NCBI GenBank assembly: GCA_964016885.1
Contig: OZ024740.1
Span: 382,478,001-382,542,000, forward strand
Direction of reading: 5' to 3'
Origin: Eledone cirrhosa
Lineage: Eukaryota
DNA length: 64,000 nucleotides
The notes under the pieces: generated by a model
The model's database searches: none
What the model was told of the DNA's origin: nothing
Seen by the model: only the letters and a program-made list of their open reading frames with translations
Shown: one piece after another, positions 43,675-56,330 of the stretch
How the letters are laid out: every line of letters starts with the position of its first letter
How positions within the stretch are numbered: position 1 is the first letter of the stretch
Translations under genes and position numbers: made by a program

Positions 43675-46600
43675 ATGACCTCACTCAGAATAGGCAGCAT
43701 AAATGCGCGTGGCTTGGGGTCGTCATGGAAACAGGGTCACCTGCTCAACGACCTCAGGTCACTAAACATAGATGTAGTGGCCATCAGCGAGACTAGAATC
43801 TCCGAAGCACGGGCCTTCGCACCGATCTGCGGCGGCTACGATGTGTACGCATCTCCCAGCCGTCCTGGGTCGCGGGGAGGAGTTGCTGTGTTTTTTCGGA
43901 GAGGTTTGGATCTCGCCATATGGGCCATCTTCCTGGACCCAGAGGGTAAGTTGGTGGTGCTGGACGTGACCAGCGGAGACGGGCAAGCTTTCAGGCTAGT
44001 GGCCGTCTATGCCCCGACAGGAGCAGGGCGGCCTGATTTCTTCCGGCGTCTGGAGACCTTTCTTGGAACGTTCTGCTCTTTAGTGTTAGTGGGCGACTGG
44101 AACGGGATCTTAGATGCACGCTGGGACTGTTTGGAATTAGCGGATAGGGGTGGAGGGTGCAAGAGCCTCACCAACCTGCTCAGGCGTTTTGAACTGTCTG
44201 ACAGGTACCGATTGGATTTCCCGAATGTGCCAAGGAGGACTTTATACAAATCGCATAGGGTCATCTAGATCATATCTAGATAGAGTATTTTGTAGGGAAA
44301 TAGATAGGTCTAGCATAGGCTGTCCACAATTCAAGATAGTCAGCTACACGGACCGCAAATTCGTGATCTGTGTGCTTGACTTAGACAGGCTTCATAGACG
44401 AGGACCCGGCTACTGGAAGCTAAACGCGTCCTTACCAGCGCGCAAGGCCTACAGAGACCGGATTAGCGAACTAGTTAAGCGGGCGTTGACGGGGGCCATC
44501 GTCAACAACAAGTGATGGTTTGCTCTGAAAAGAGCGATTAGAATAGAATCGATTAGGTTTAGTAAGGCTTTAGCAATAGAGAAAAATAGAGCAGAGGGAG
44601 AACTAGTTAGAAAATTAGACGAGGCGCTTAGCAAAGGCATTGCGACCGACGTGTTTGCGGCGAAATTGGCCCTTGACCAATTCTTCAATGCAAAGCACGA
44701 AGGCTGCGTTGTCAGAGCAAGGGTGCGTGCTCTCAGACACGAGGGGACGAAAGCCGTTCAATGGGCCCGAGTGGCGGAGGTGCGTCGTGGCAACAAAGCC
44801 ACGATCCGGTCTTTGGTGGACCACGACGGGCGCATGCTACTCGATCCCGGGAAAATGTGTGAAGCTTTTCACCGACACTTCGCTCAGCTGTTCGGGGGCA
44901 GCGGTGGGCCGGGTCGAGGGATGGACTTTAGTGTCTACCTCGACGGACTGCCGCGGCTCTCGGCCACTAAGGCGAAGTGTTGCGAAAAGCCGATAACAGC
45001 CGCTGAAGTAAGGGAAGCAATGACTGGCTGCACAAGGGGTGAATCGCCTGGTTTGGATGGTCTGCCCTATGAACTTTACGTACAGATGCCTGCCTTGTTC
45101 GGAGGCCTCTTGGCGGACGTCTACTGCAACTGGCAACAGAACGGGAGAATTCCCAGTTCTGTGAGCCGAGGAGCGGTGGCGCTGCTGAGAAAGGATCCGA
45201 ACAAGGGGGATAACATAGATAATTTCCGGCCCATAACTCTGCTAAACACAGAGTTCAAGATTTTGGCCAAGGTGCTAGCAAAGAGATTGGCGCTTGTCGT
45301 TGGTGGTCTGGTGGGAGAGGCGCAGACATGCGCTATTCCCGACAGATCCATCCACGACAACCTCCACCTCTTGCGATACATCGTAGAGAGGGTAGCTAGG
45401 GAACCTGACACGGGTGGGTCCTTGTTCAATTTAGATCAGTCGAAAGCTTTCGATAGGGTCGACCATCGTTACCTAGCGGCAGTCCTGAGGGCGGCTGGCT
45501 TTGGGCCCGTCTTCAGAGGCTGGATCGCTGCCATGCACAGCGACATCTGCTCTGTGGTGAGAGTGAACGGTCACCTGTCGGAACCGTTCAACATCATGCG
45601 CTCGGTCCGCCAAGGATGACCTCTCTCGTCCCTCTTGTACGTATTGACTCTCGAGCCATTACTGCACAAACTGGAGACGTCGAGGGGCGTCCCGCGCGAA
45701 CTAGGATGCGGAAGATCCGTGTGAGTATATGCGGACGATGTCATCGTAGTGGTGTCGAACGCCAGACACATCGAGGCGATCGGCACTACACTAAGAGAAT
45801 ACGAAGCGGTGACAGGAGCAATGATCAACCAGGAAAAGTCAGTGGGCCTGCAGCTCGGCACCTGGAGAGGCAGGTCCATGCCGTCCAACAGCGTCGTCGG
45901 ACGCTGGACGGACGGACCGTTTAAATTGCTAGGGGTCTGGTCCGATCCGGACCTCCAGACGGACACAAACTGGGACGAGGTGACGAGCAGGGTGGCTTCT
46001 CTCACCCAGAAATGGGCGGAGAAGAAGCTATCCCTGAAAGGTCGAGCGGAGGTGGCTAACGCGTACATCGCGTCTGTCATCTGCTACCGCCTGACCGTGG
46101 TACCTTGTCCTAAGCCTCGCCTGACTGCGCTGGAGCGTTTGCTCTTTCGCTTTTTGTGGAAGGGACGCGCCCCGATGGTCAGGCGGTCCATCTGTTGTCA
46201 ACACCTGCTACGTGGAGGGCTGGGCATGCCGTGGCTGATGATGCGCGGGCACGCGCTCAGGCTACGACATCTCCACCTCTTCCCCGACGGTGATCAGGTG
46301 TGGTCGCCGTTTGCTAGACACGTATTTCCCCAGCTCGTTTCCTTGACGGAGCTGCAGTCCTGGGTCAAGCGAAGACCGAGAGGGAGCGCCTGGAGACTGG
46401 AATGTCTTCAGGCGCTCATAGCCCTCGACCTAATCGGGCAATGTGATCGGTGGAAACTCTACCTTGGCGTTCTATAGAGGATTAGTGGAGGGGAAGAGCG
46501 ACGACGTACTTGGGGAAACTCTAGGCATCGAAGAAAATCAACTAGCCAATCTCTTCGGAAGAACTTTCGGGCCGGGGCCTATGGACAACTTCCAGAAATC

Positions 46601-47096
46601 TCTGGCCTGACAGTGCTACCGTGGAGCCTTGCCAGGTCGGGATAAACTCTACAGGCATGGAGGTGCCGTCAGTCGGGCATGTCCAAGATGTGCGCAGGGC
46701 GACGAAACCGTCCTGCACGCACTCGTCCAGTGTCCGAAAATTGCTGACTTGTAGGTTTATGTCGAACACCTGCTGTCGCGTTTAGGACGGATCCGGCTAT
46801 CATCTGAGTCCATCGTGAGGATTGCCCCGCCCTCCTCCTTTAGCCGGGAAGGGCAGGCAGTTTTTATCTGTCTGGTGGCCATGGCGAAAGAGATAGTATG
46901 GTGGACACGTTTGAAAGGGCTGAAGACGAGCACTTACCTCTTCGGTGATGCTCTGATTGACTTTTTCAAATTTCATTTGAAAAGGAAAATCAGAGTAGAG
47001 AGGGAAGTGCTCTCTTCCCAGCATTTTGTTGAAAGATGGGTGAGAGAAGCAAGAATGGCCCGAGTGAATGGGTCTACTCTGAGTATATATCTGTAA
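43675..47096 (+). pseudogene. LINE ORF2 (APE endonuclease, reverse transcriptase, C-terminal CCHC), with stops and frameshifts
   Basis: SINARGL, ISETR, VYAP, GDWN, SYLDR, GPGYWKLN, SPGLDG, FRPITLLN, DQSKAFDRV, SVRQG, YADD, CPRC...H...C. Confidence 0.93.
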
Positions 47097-49566
47097 ATTA
47101 AAGGTGGAAAACTGGGAGAGGGCACTTGCCTTGGTGGTCAGGGTCATTGTGGCTTTTTACTAGGCTTTCTCCACAAATGTCCCTCCGAAGTTTCCCCCCT
47201 ATTGGGGAATTTTTCATTGTTATTTCTTGTTACATCCTCTGTTTTTGTTTTTTACACGCAGAAATGCCCATTTGTACCGTCCTGCATTGTCCTGCACTGT
47301 CCTTAATGTCTACTTTATGTAAACCCTTGTGGTTAATAAAGAAATCATTATTATTATTATTATTATTATTATCATTTTTATTATTATTATTATTTTCATT
47401 GGGTGCAGCCTGGAGTGTTGCTTTTGATGTTGTTTATATTGTATACTCTTCTTACTATGTGTGCAATGATTAATGTTCTCTATACCTGTAAGGCATGGAG
47501 CTTTATATATGAATCACTATGTCTTCATTTTCTATTAATCGTAGAGAACATGTTTGTGTTTTAACTAACAGCATGGTGTCTTTTGATCATATGTTTCATT
47601 GTAACCCAGACTGATTTTTTTTTAGAAAATATATTTTATGAGAAAGTGGATGTCCCGGTTGACTTGGGCATGAATGCAAATTCAACTACATATGCTTCAT
47701 ATGCCAGTACGCTGATCTAATCAGCAATATATCAGAGTCATGTTGTGCTTGGAATTTGGAACACAAAATATTTAATTCATTATCAGTGACTCTAAATCAT
47801 TCAAAGTAATTCAATACTACATATCCTTAGCAAATTTATATTTGGATATTTGAAGAAATAAAAGACGTATTTTAAACATTATAAAAATATACCTTTTGCT
47901 GAGTATAATTTCCTCCTTTTCGTTTGAATCATAACACTGCTTGTATGCTTTTTAATGTTAGCGAGTTATACATTTGCTGGTGTAATACAGATCGAATTTT
48001 ACATAGCCCGTTTGTTTAAATCCTAAATATAGTGCATCAATAAGCCTCGATTTTCAAATTTCAAATCAAATTTACCACAGAAAGCATAAGGAATACGTGA
48101 CAATTTGCTTTCCGAGGTACGATTCTCGTAAGATGTGTTGGATATTCATTCTTTGCTGAAATAACTTGTTTATAAAGACGGCAGAATCGTCTGCTAGATT
48201 AGAATAACTCAAATTTGTAATAATCCAGCATGGATATTTAAAGATAAAAACGAATACAACATATTCGAAAATTATTTAAAATGTTCAATATAAACAAGTC
48301 GACCATAACACTGTATTATAAAAAAAAGACACTATTAAAAAGGTAATTCATTATAATTTTAAGTTTATGTATCTAGTTGCACATATGTTTGTGTGGGAAT
48401 AAGGAATTGATTATGGGTGTCTTCTATAGTGGGGCTGTTAATTATTATAATATATCTATACATACATATATATATATATATACATACATGCACATATACC
48501 TAATTCCTGAATAAATAATCGGGCAAGCTCCTTATTTATATTATTAATATAGCTATTTATATTCATATCAGTTATGCATTTTATAGTCCCACTTGTAATA
48601 TCATAATTTTGTACTCACAAACATGATATTCCATCTATTCATATCGACACGTTTAGTCTATTGAGATAGAAAAGGTATTACAAAAACTATTTCACCAAAC
48701 AATAACATCTGTTTAGCGACTTATTTCAATAGAAGTATCTCTATTAAAATAACGCAGATATATCCTTTATAATAGAGATAATGAGAGTAACAAAAGCAGG
48801 GGGAGATGCATTCATAAGCATTATACTCTTATATTCTAAAATAGATAATTTGAACGAAACAGAATATCTTTGACAACATTGTAAATACAGACAAATGAAT
48901 CCAAGGAAAGTAGAAGTGGTTTGGATTTTAAAACCACTTTATTAGAATTAAAAGGTAAGACGTTGGCGAACACATCATAGGGTGAAGAGAATTCGTACAG
49001 CTAAAATATGGTATCTTTTTATGAAGGTAGGAGATGATTGTGTGATGTATGAGGAATAAGTCCGAGAGGATTCTGATAGAAAGATAGAGGAAAGGTCAGT
49101 GAAAAGAAAAGAAGAAATAAGAATATAACGCATAATTTATAGATATTAAACTTCATGCGTATACCTATACACCCACACACACGCACACACACATACACAC
49201 ATACATATAAATATTATATATATATATATATATGTATAATGGGTAGATTCCCCATGTATATAGGGAGATGAGCACAGTTAAAATACGCAGTACATTAGTA
49301 GAGTATAGGCATCTAGCAATAAGACTTCTACAGTACTAGTACTGTTTCAGGAACAACACGGCAAAATAGTAATGGATAATGGCGAGTACATTCATTCATA
49401 TACGAGTGTATATATACATATACATTAAAATGCCTGTTTGATTTATCTAAGAATTTTCCACACAAATGTTTATGTAAATGTATATCCATAATTGCATACA
49501 GACATACCTATGAACATAAATACATACATATATATATATACTTATATATAAATATATATATATATA

Positions 49567-49856
49567 CAATGATATTAAATAAATGGAAACTATATTTATA
49601 AAACCATATTTATTCTATTATATATATTTCAAGAGTACCAAAATCTTTGGTACGCTTTCATCAGATAAAAGCGTACCATTTGATGAAAGCGTACCAAAGT
49701 TTTTGGTAACCTTGAAATATAGTTTATAAATATAGTTTCCATTTATTTAATATCATTGAATATATACTCCAGAAAACTTGTCGAGTGCTGTGAATCAGTT
49801 ATAAACATTTATATTTGTTGAATTACCAACAAATTGAATATCGCTTCTGCTTATAT
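49567..49856 (+). mobile_element. Palindromic PLE-type element, family G (copy 1), with HHR
   Basis: IR 49567-49758; minus-strand HHR at about 49612-49670; tail with TCGAGTGCT. Confidence 0.85.
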
Positions 49857-49859
49857 CAC

Positions 49860-50040
49860 CATGACCGACCAGTCTGTCGGGTGGGCAGACCGGTACTCAT
49901 TTCTACAGCTGAGTAAACTGGAGCAACGTGAAATAAAGTGTCTTGCTCAAGGAAACAACACATCACCCGGTCCGAGAATTGATCTCACATCCTTTCGAAT
50001 GCAAGCCCAATGCTCTAACCACTAAGCCATGCGCCTTCCC
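49860..50040 (-). mobile_element. tRNA-derived SINE family 2 (CORE-like)
   Basis: Minus strand: tRNA-like head (tggcttagtggttagagc) then ccttgagcaagacactttatttcacgttgctccag. Confidence 0.8.
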
Positions 50041-50049
50041 TTCTGATTT

Positions 50050-50093
<44 letters not shown>

Positions 50094-50187
50094 CACAGAC
50101 GCACACATACGCACACACACAGACACACACACACACACACATACAATGATATTAAATAAATGGAAACTATATTTATAAAACCATATT

Positions 50188-50251
50188 TATTTTATTATAT
50201 ATATTTCAAGGGTACCAAGACAACATTGGTACGCTTTCATCAGATAAAATA
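50188..50251 (-). ncRNA. Minimal type I hammerhead ribozyme motif
   Basis: Mirror image of 50396-50459. Confidence 0.85.
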
Positions 50252-50395
50252 CAAAGTTTGTTTTATAAATAGAGACATTCCCATGAAAATCATACACTAT
50301 CGGTTGGAAATTCACTGGATAGTGACTATCCAGTGATTTCCAACCGATAAGGTGTGATTTTCATGGGTATGTCTCTATCTATAAAACAAACTTTG

Positions 50396-50459
50396 TATTT
50401 TATCTGATGAAAGCGTACCAATGTTGTCTTGGTACCCTTGAAATATATATAATAAAATA
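50396..50459 (+). ncRNA. Minimal type I hammerhead ribozyme motif
   Basis: TATTTTAT CTGATGA AAG-C-GTACCA-atgttgtct-TGGTAC-C-CTT GAAA TATATA TA ATAAAATA. Confidence 0.87.
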
Positions 50460-51194
50460 AATATGGGTTTATAAATATAGTTTCTATTAATTTAATATCA
50501 TTGAATATTTACTCCAGTAATTTGTTGAGTGCTCCAAATCAGTTATAAACATTTGTATTTGTCAGACTTCCAACAAATTAAACACCACTTCTACTTATAT
50601 ACATATATATATGAGAGAGTATTGTTGGTTGCTTGAAGCATTGTGGAATAATAATTTTGTTTTTGTTTTTGTTTGGAAGCCTCAACAATGCAGATGGGTA
50701 AATCTCCGTGTAACAGAATCCGGTGGTGAAGAAAGAGAATGTAGAATGAGATATATAGTGTGTAGAGGAACGTAGGAAAGAGCGTAAAAAAATAAAAATA
50801 ATAACACGAGATATAGTTACCTTGGAGAGATTTAATTGTCCCTATATTTTGGAAACTGGGGGTTTTCCGGGTGGAGGGAGGGTGTTATCTGTCGGAGAGG
50901 AACGGTACGTGGCCTCTGTTGTCAACTGTTTGTGTGTAATTGAGGTATTCTGTAGAGCACACGTGCGCGCGGAATAGGTGCGGTTAAGCAAATGTCAAAG
51001 CAGCTCCTTTTTATTGTGGGAGTGGTATGGCGTTAGCTGTCAATTCATTGTACTACCTTTATGTACTGGTCTTTGGTACTAGCAGTGTAGTAGTCTGTCT
51101 GGTCGCTTGTTGTTCGGTGGATGGTGGGGGCGCTAAAGAAACAATAACAATCGTTCGAATGCCAGTGTGTGTGTGCGTGTGCTGACTCGTTTGT

Positions 51195-51345
51195 TTACAG
51201 CAGCCATCTCGTCTCGATTCTATTGGATCGGTTATTTATTTGTCGTCCTAGGCGTTTGATCCAATGTGCTTCCTTGATTCGTAACGTACCGACGTTGCGT
51301 TCTGTCGCCATCACTGCGACAATGGGCCTTCCGTCTTTTTTTACG
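51195..51345 (-). pseudogene. PLE GIY-YIG endonuclease C-terminal fragment
   Basis: [31 protein letters not shown] resembles the ...R.IKEA..I......LN end of the PLE EN. Confidence 0.6.
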
Positions 51346-51359
51346 CATTTGGTTGTAAC

Positions 51360-51636
51360 CAAACACACACAAAAACAAACAAAAACAAGATGGCGTAGGA
51401 CAGAACAAAGGAGAGACACACAACCAAGAAAATAATTCCCAGTCACTGAAGAGGTCAGAGAATGTGTGACAAAAGAACTTTGACAATATATGAACAACGA
51501 TCCGGTTGTGGGACCAACCAACCAACCAGAAATTAAAAAAAAATATATCAATAAAATATATAGAATTCATAATAAATTGTAGTGAAAGATACTGGTGCGT
51601 GTGTTTCTTATTGGCAACTTGACCCTCCCAATGTAT

Positions 51637-51640
<4 letters not shown>
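51360..51640 (+). mobile_element. PLE terminal repeat (pLTR) with a mutated HHR, ending in (TA)n
   Basis: gtca CTGAAGA ggtcaga-gaatg-tgtgac AAAA gaac TT tgac (51442-51484). Homologous in inverted orientation to 52960-53190. Confidence 0.7.
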
Positions 51641-52322
<682 letters not shown>

Positions 52323-52738
52323 TTGCATTGCTTTGAATCTTTCCATTCTTGTTGTTTTTCCTATATTTTTCACATCGCTTATCTGTCATGGTGCATAACG
52401 CATCAATCCTCTGTATACATAAAGGTTTTTATAGTCTCCGACTGTATTTATAGACCTTAAGAGCACTTCTCTATTTTGGATGAAGGAAAACAAAGAATAT
52501 CTGAAACATTGAGAATACTTTTGACGGTATATTTATATTTTAAAACTTTGTTGACTTTATTTTTGATATGTCAACCACTTAGTGTCACTACACTTTAAAT
52601 AAAACGCACATAGCACACACACACACACAAACAAATATTTAAACGTATATGTGTTATATGTGTTTGCATATGCATATGTGCGTTTGTATGAATGTATATT
52701 TATATATATGTGTGTGTGTGTATGTATGAATGCATATA

Positions 52739-52938
52739 NNNNNNNNNNNNNNNNNNNNNNNNNNNNNNNNNNNNNNNNNNNNNNNNNNNNNNNNNNNNNN
52801 NNNNNNNNNNNNNNNNNNNNNNNNNNNNNNNNNNNNNNNNNNNNNNNNNNNNNNNNNNNNNNNNNNNNNNNNNNNNNNNNNNNNNNNNNNNNNNNNNNNN
52901 NNNNNNNNNNNNNNNNNNNNNNNNNNNNNNNNNNNNNN
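52739..52938. other. Assembly gap (200 N)
   Basis: Run of N. Confidence 1.
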
Positions 52939-53760
52939 GAAACGTATGTTGGAACGGATTTTGTTATACTTTGGTAGGGTCATGCCGATAATGAAAACAC
53001 ACGCACCTGCTGGTTAACACTTCAATTTATTATACATTTTCGGTTGGTTGGTTGGCTCGATAACTGCATGGCTCTTTATATATTGTCAAGGCTCTTTCGT
53101 CACACATTCTGTGACTTCCTCAGTGACTAGGTTTTTATTCTGTGGCTCTCCTTTGTTCTGTCCTACCCCATCTTGTTTTTGTCTTGTGTCTTGTGTGCTT
53201 AGTTTGCGCATGCGTTCCATCTGTGTGTGTGTATTTTTTTTCATTTATTTATGTGTTTATTTACTTGTCACTAGTTGGTTGTTTGTTCTGTCTGTGCGTG
53301 TGTGATTTGTTTTGTTAGTTTGGCTTTTGTGTGTGTCTCTATGCTTTCATTTTGTCCTTTATTAACAGTTGTAATGTTCCTATTCCACCCATGTTTTCTG
53401 TTTAATTTTGGTTGGAGTTCGTTTATGTTTATCGCCTCTTTATTTGTCTGAGCATTGCATCTTTTCTGTGTGTGGCTATAATTTTTATCTCTGTATTCTC
53501 TAATGTGATCCTACGTTATATGTTGGCATGTTGGTGAAGTACTGATGAGATTTTCCCCTCCTGGATTTCTCGCCAGTGTTCACTTATCCTTTCTCCTATG
53601 TTAAGGGCTGTTTAACCTAATGTATGTTATATTCTTATTCCTACACTGTCCCTCAGTGCATCTTATGCTATATATTACTTGAGTTGATTTTCTTGGCCTT
53701 ATTCCTAATTCTTTCTAATTTGTTCCGAAATGTTCTCTTCAAGGCAAATAGCAAAAACTA
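52939..53760 (-). mobile_element. 5'-truncated Penelope-like element: GIY-YIG endonuclease pseudogene + 3' pLTR with HHR
   Basis: Hand translation of about 53383-53697 with frameshifts: VIYSIRCTEGQC...TYI(x)T...IGERISEH...SSVLHQH...IKIIATH...LRQIK/AININELQPKLNRKHGW. HHR gtca CTGAGGA agtcaca-gaatg-tgtgac GAAA gagc CT tgac at 53085-53127. Confidence 0.82.
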
Positions 53761-54824
53761 CTACCAATTATATTGCACGCTAACACATGTGCGTCTCTGT
53801 GTAAGTAAAAAAATCCCAGGTTCAGACACAATAATGGTGGTGTTTGTTATTAAATTTAATTAGTATGCAACATTTGCGAAAGAGCAATAATTTATATTGA
53901 TTCCTTTCATGTGTATAAAACATTAAATAAACGGATTTCTCTGCATATTAACCCACACTTGATGTTTCATTTGCTTTCCGATTAAAGAAAAAAAACATAT
54001 ATATATATATATATATTTATTGTTATTTTGACATCCGTATATTGGGTTGCTCAAACAAGAGCAAATTATTATACGAATTAGTTGAGCTTACTTAGTTTTG
54101 ATCACTGAACTATTAAATTCTTCTGTTATTTCCTTCTCCAACATCTTATGATATGTCGCTTATTCGAGGTCTTTATTTATTTATTTATATAAATTCCGTT
54201 GCATTTTTTCGAATTTACAATACGAGATTTACAAACATGTAATTTGATAATTTAATTTAGAATTAGCCATGCATAAGACATTCCTTAAATCCTTAACTTT
54301 ATACTCGTATGAATTAATTAACGAAATTATATAATTACATAATTACCTTAAAAAAACGAATTAGTATATCATGTAATATTTATTTTGCCTTATTCATTAA
54401 TTAGTTCTTTCCGTTGTCCAAATACGCGAAATAGCTTTACGACAAATGGTGACGGCAATGCAGTTTCGAGTTTGAGTTGAAGACAATTCACCTCCTTTAC
54501 AGACGCTGATAAACGAAGAAAACGATGTGGTAAGAACGTAGAAAACGTAGGTTATTAATACTTCAATTGTAATTTCTAAATTAAACATTCATAAATTACT
54601 CGTTGCCTTCACCAGAAAAGTGTATACTGATACATTGTAGAATTGTTGATCCATTCCCTACCATTTTTATCTAGTATTGTGTTGTATTTCATAAACAACT
54701 CCTTTCCGAAAACAATAATTTTGCGCGATATACTACTGCTGTTGTCATTGCTGTCATTGTTATTGCCGTGGTTGTTGATTTCTACATGTTGATTTTGGGT
54801 CTGAATGCGTTTATTATTTTCAGT

Positions 54825-55201
54825 GGATTGGCAGTATCGGTAGAGGGTCAGACGCCATGATTTGCAAGCATAGAGTTACGGCCCTTTATGCTCTGAGTTC
54901 AAATCCCGCCTACGATTAACTTTGCCTTTCATCCTAACGGGGTCGATAAAATAAAGTACCAGTAATACACTGGTTTTAATAGTGGCCTTGTGTCAAAAGT
55001 AGAAACAATTATTATGGATTGGCAGTATCGGTAGGGGGTTGGACGCCATGCTTTGACGCATAGAATTATGGCCCTTGCCATTCTGATTTCAAATCCTGCC
55101 GATGTTATCTTTGCCTTTCATCCTTACGGGGTCGATAAAATAAAGTACCAGTAATGCACTGGGTATTTGCGGGCCTTGTGCCAAAAGTAGACAAATTATT
55201 T
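54825..55201 (+). mobile_element. Two head-to-tail SINE family 1 copies
   Basis: Units 54825-55014 and 55016-55201, each GGATTGGCAGTATCGG...core...agaaacaattatt (or a close variant). Confidence 0.9.
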
Positions 55202-55379
55202 TCAATGTTACTGATATTGGGGTGCTGGATGTGTTTATGGGTAGATGGTATGAGAACCCTTTGGATTTCTAGTTTCTTCTCTTTCTCTTTCAAATATGAG
55301 GAGTGTCCAATAACCGTAATAAGAATAATTCCTTCTACTAAGCCAGCAATTTTGGGGAGGGGAAAGTCGATTAAAGGTT

Positions 55380-56330
55380 CATATTGGGATATTTGCGAGG
55401 AAGACATATGCATTTCTGTCACATGAAGGAATATTACGAAGGGGAAACAATGGATGTAGGAAGAGGTCCAGGGTATGAAGGGTCACCTGGTTATTGATAA
55501 GACAGTTTTGACGCATTGTAAGAAATATCATACAAACATGTCTGACCTGAATTGACATTAAGTAGGCATATGGATTGGTGAATGCCTGCGGATATTCGGT
55601 ATTGCTTACAAAATCACATCGTTTCTGCAAGATAAATAGTATTCTGCTGAATAAATATTAATAAATCCAAGTTATATTCAAACAATGTCTTTCTGGAAGA
55701 GAGTATAAATTAAAATAGGTTTCTTCCAAGGGGACTCATTCACACCGTTATTATTTGTTATACTTAGAGGGTCGGACGCCATGCTTTCCAGCATAGTTAC
55801 GTCCCTTTATGATCTGAGTTCAAATCCCGCCGAGGTTGACTTTGCCTTTCATCCTTACGGGGTCGATAAAATAAAGTACCAGTAATGCACTGGGTGATTG
55901 CTGGCCTTGTGCCTAAAGTAGAAACAATTATTTGTTATACTTATAAAACACACACTTAGAAAAATAGAAATGAGCTACCAATGTGGAAAGCAAGGGGCAT
56001 TTATAAACAACCTTCTGTATTTGGATGATCTAAAACTGTGCGGTAACTCTGAAAACCAAATAGACTTATTGATTAAAACACTCCATATATGCACCTATGA
56101 GATCGGTATGGAGTTTTGGATTTTCAAATGCTGTTTACTCAACATGAGAAGAGGGAAGAAAATAATGTAGCCTGTAGTGGAGTACGACTGTCATCAGGAG
56201 AAACCATAGGAAAATCTGAGGATAGTGGCTATAAATATTTGGCGATCTTAAAGCTAGATGATATTCTGCACGCAGAAATGAAGAAAATATTAGAGAGAGA
56301 TATTTTAAGAAGTGGTGGATGATATACAGA
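55380..56330 (+). pseudogene. RT fragment of an R4/Dong-like (RLE-type) LINE, interrupted by a SINE
   Basis: GFFQGDSFTPLLF near 55718; INNLLYLDDLKL...QIDLLIKTLH...IGMEF..KC; GYKYLAIL. The clade assignment is from motif memory. Confidence 0.7.
55767..55926 (+). mobile_element. 5'-truncated SINE family 1 with a 17-bp target-site duplication
   Basis: ATTATTTGTTATACTTA at 55750-55766 and 55927-55943. Confidence 0.92.

Larger units (their letters stand above)
41286..47395 (+). mobile_element. Near full-length Tx1/L1-clade LINE (decayed)
   Basis: 5' UTR, ORF1 remnants with zinc knuckle KCFRCGSKTHLRAS, ORF2 43675-47096, 3' UTR, AATAAA and (TTA)n tail. Confidence 0.95.
50144..50597 (+). mobile_element. 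Palindromic PLE-type element, family G (copy 2), with an HHR on both arms
   Basis: Palindrome 50144-50503 centred at 50324; tail 50504-50597 with TTGAGTGCTCC. Confidence 0.88.

Noticed and set aside
52470-52520. GATGAAG...GAAACATTG, hammerhead-like
   Set aside because: Core and stems too degenerate.
52651-53017. ORFs containing X runs
   Set aside because: They span the 200-N assembly gap.
54825-55201. tRNA genes or a CRISPR-like repeat array
   Set aside because: The A/B boxes belong to dispersed SINE heads with no cloverleaf, and there is no repeat-spacer periodicity.
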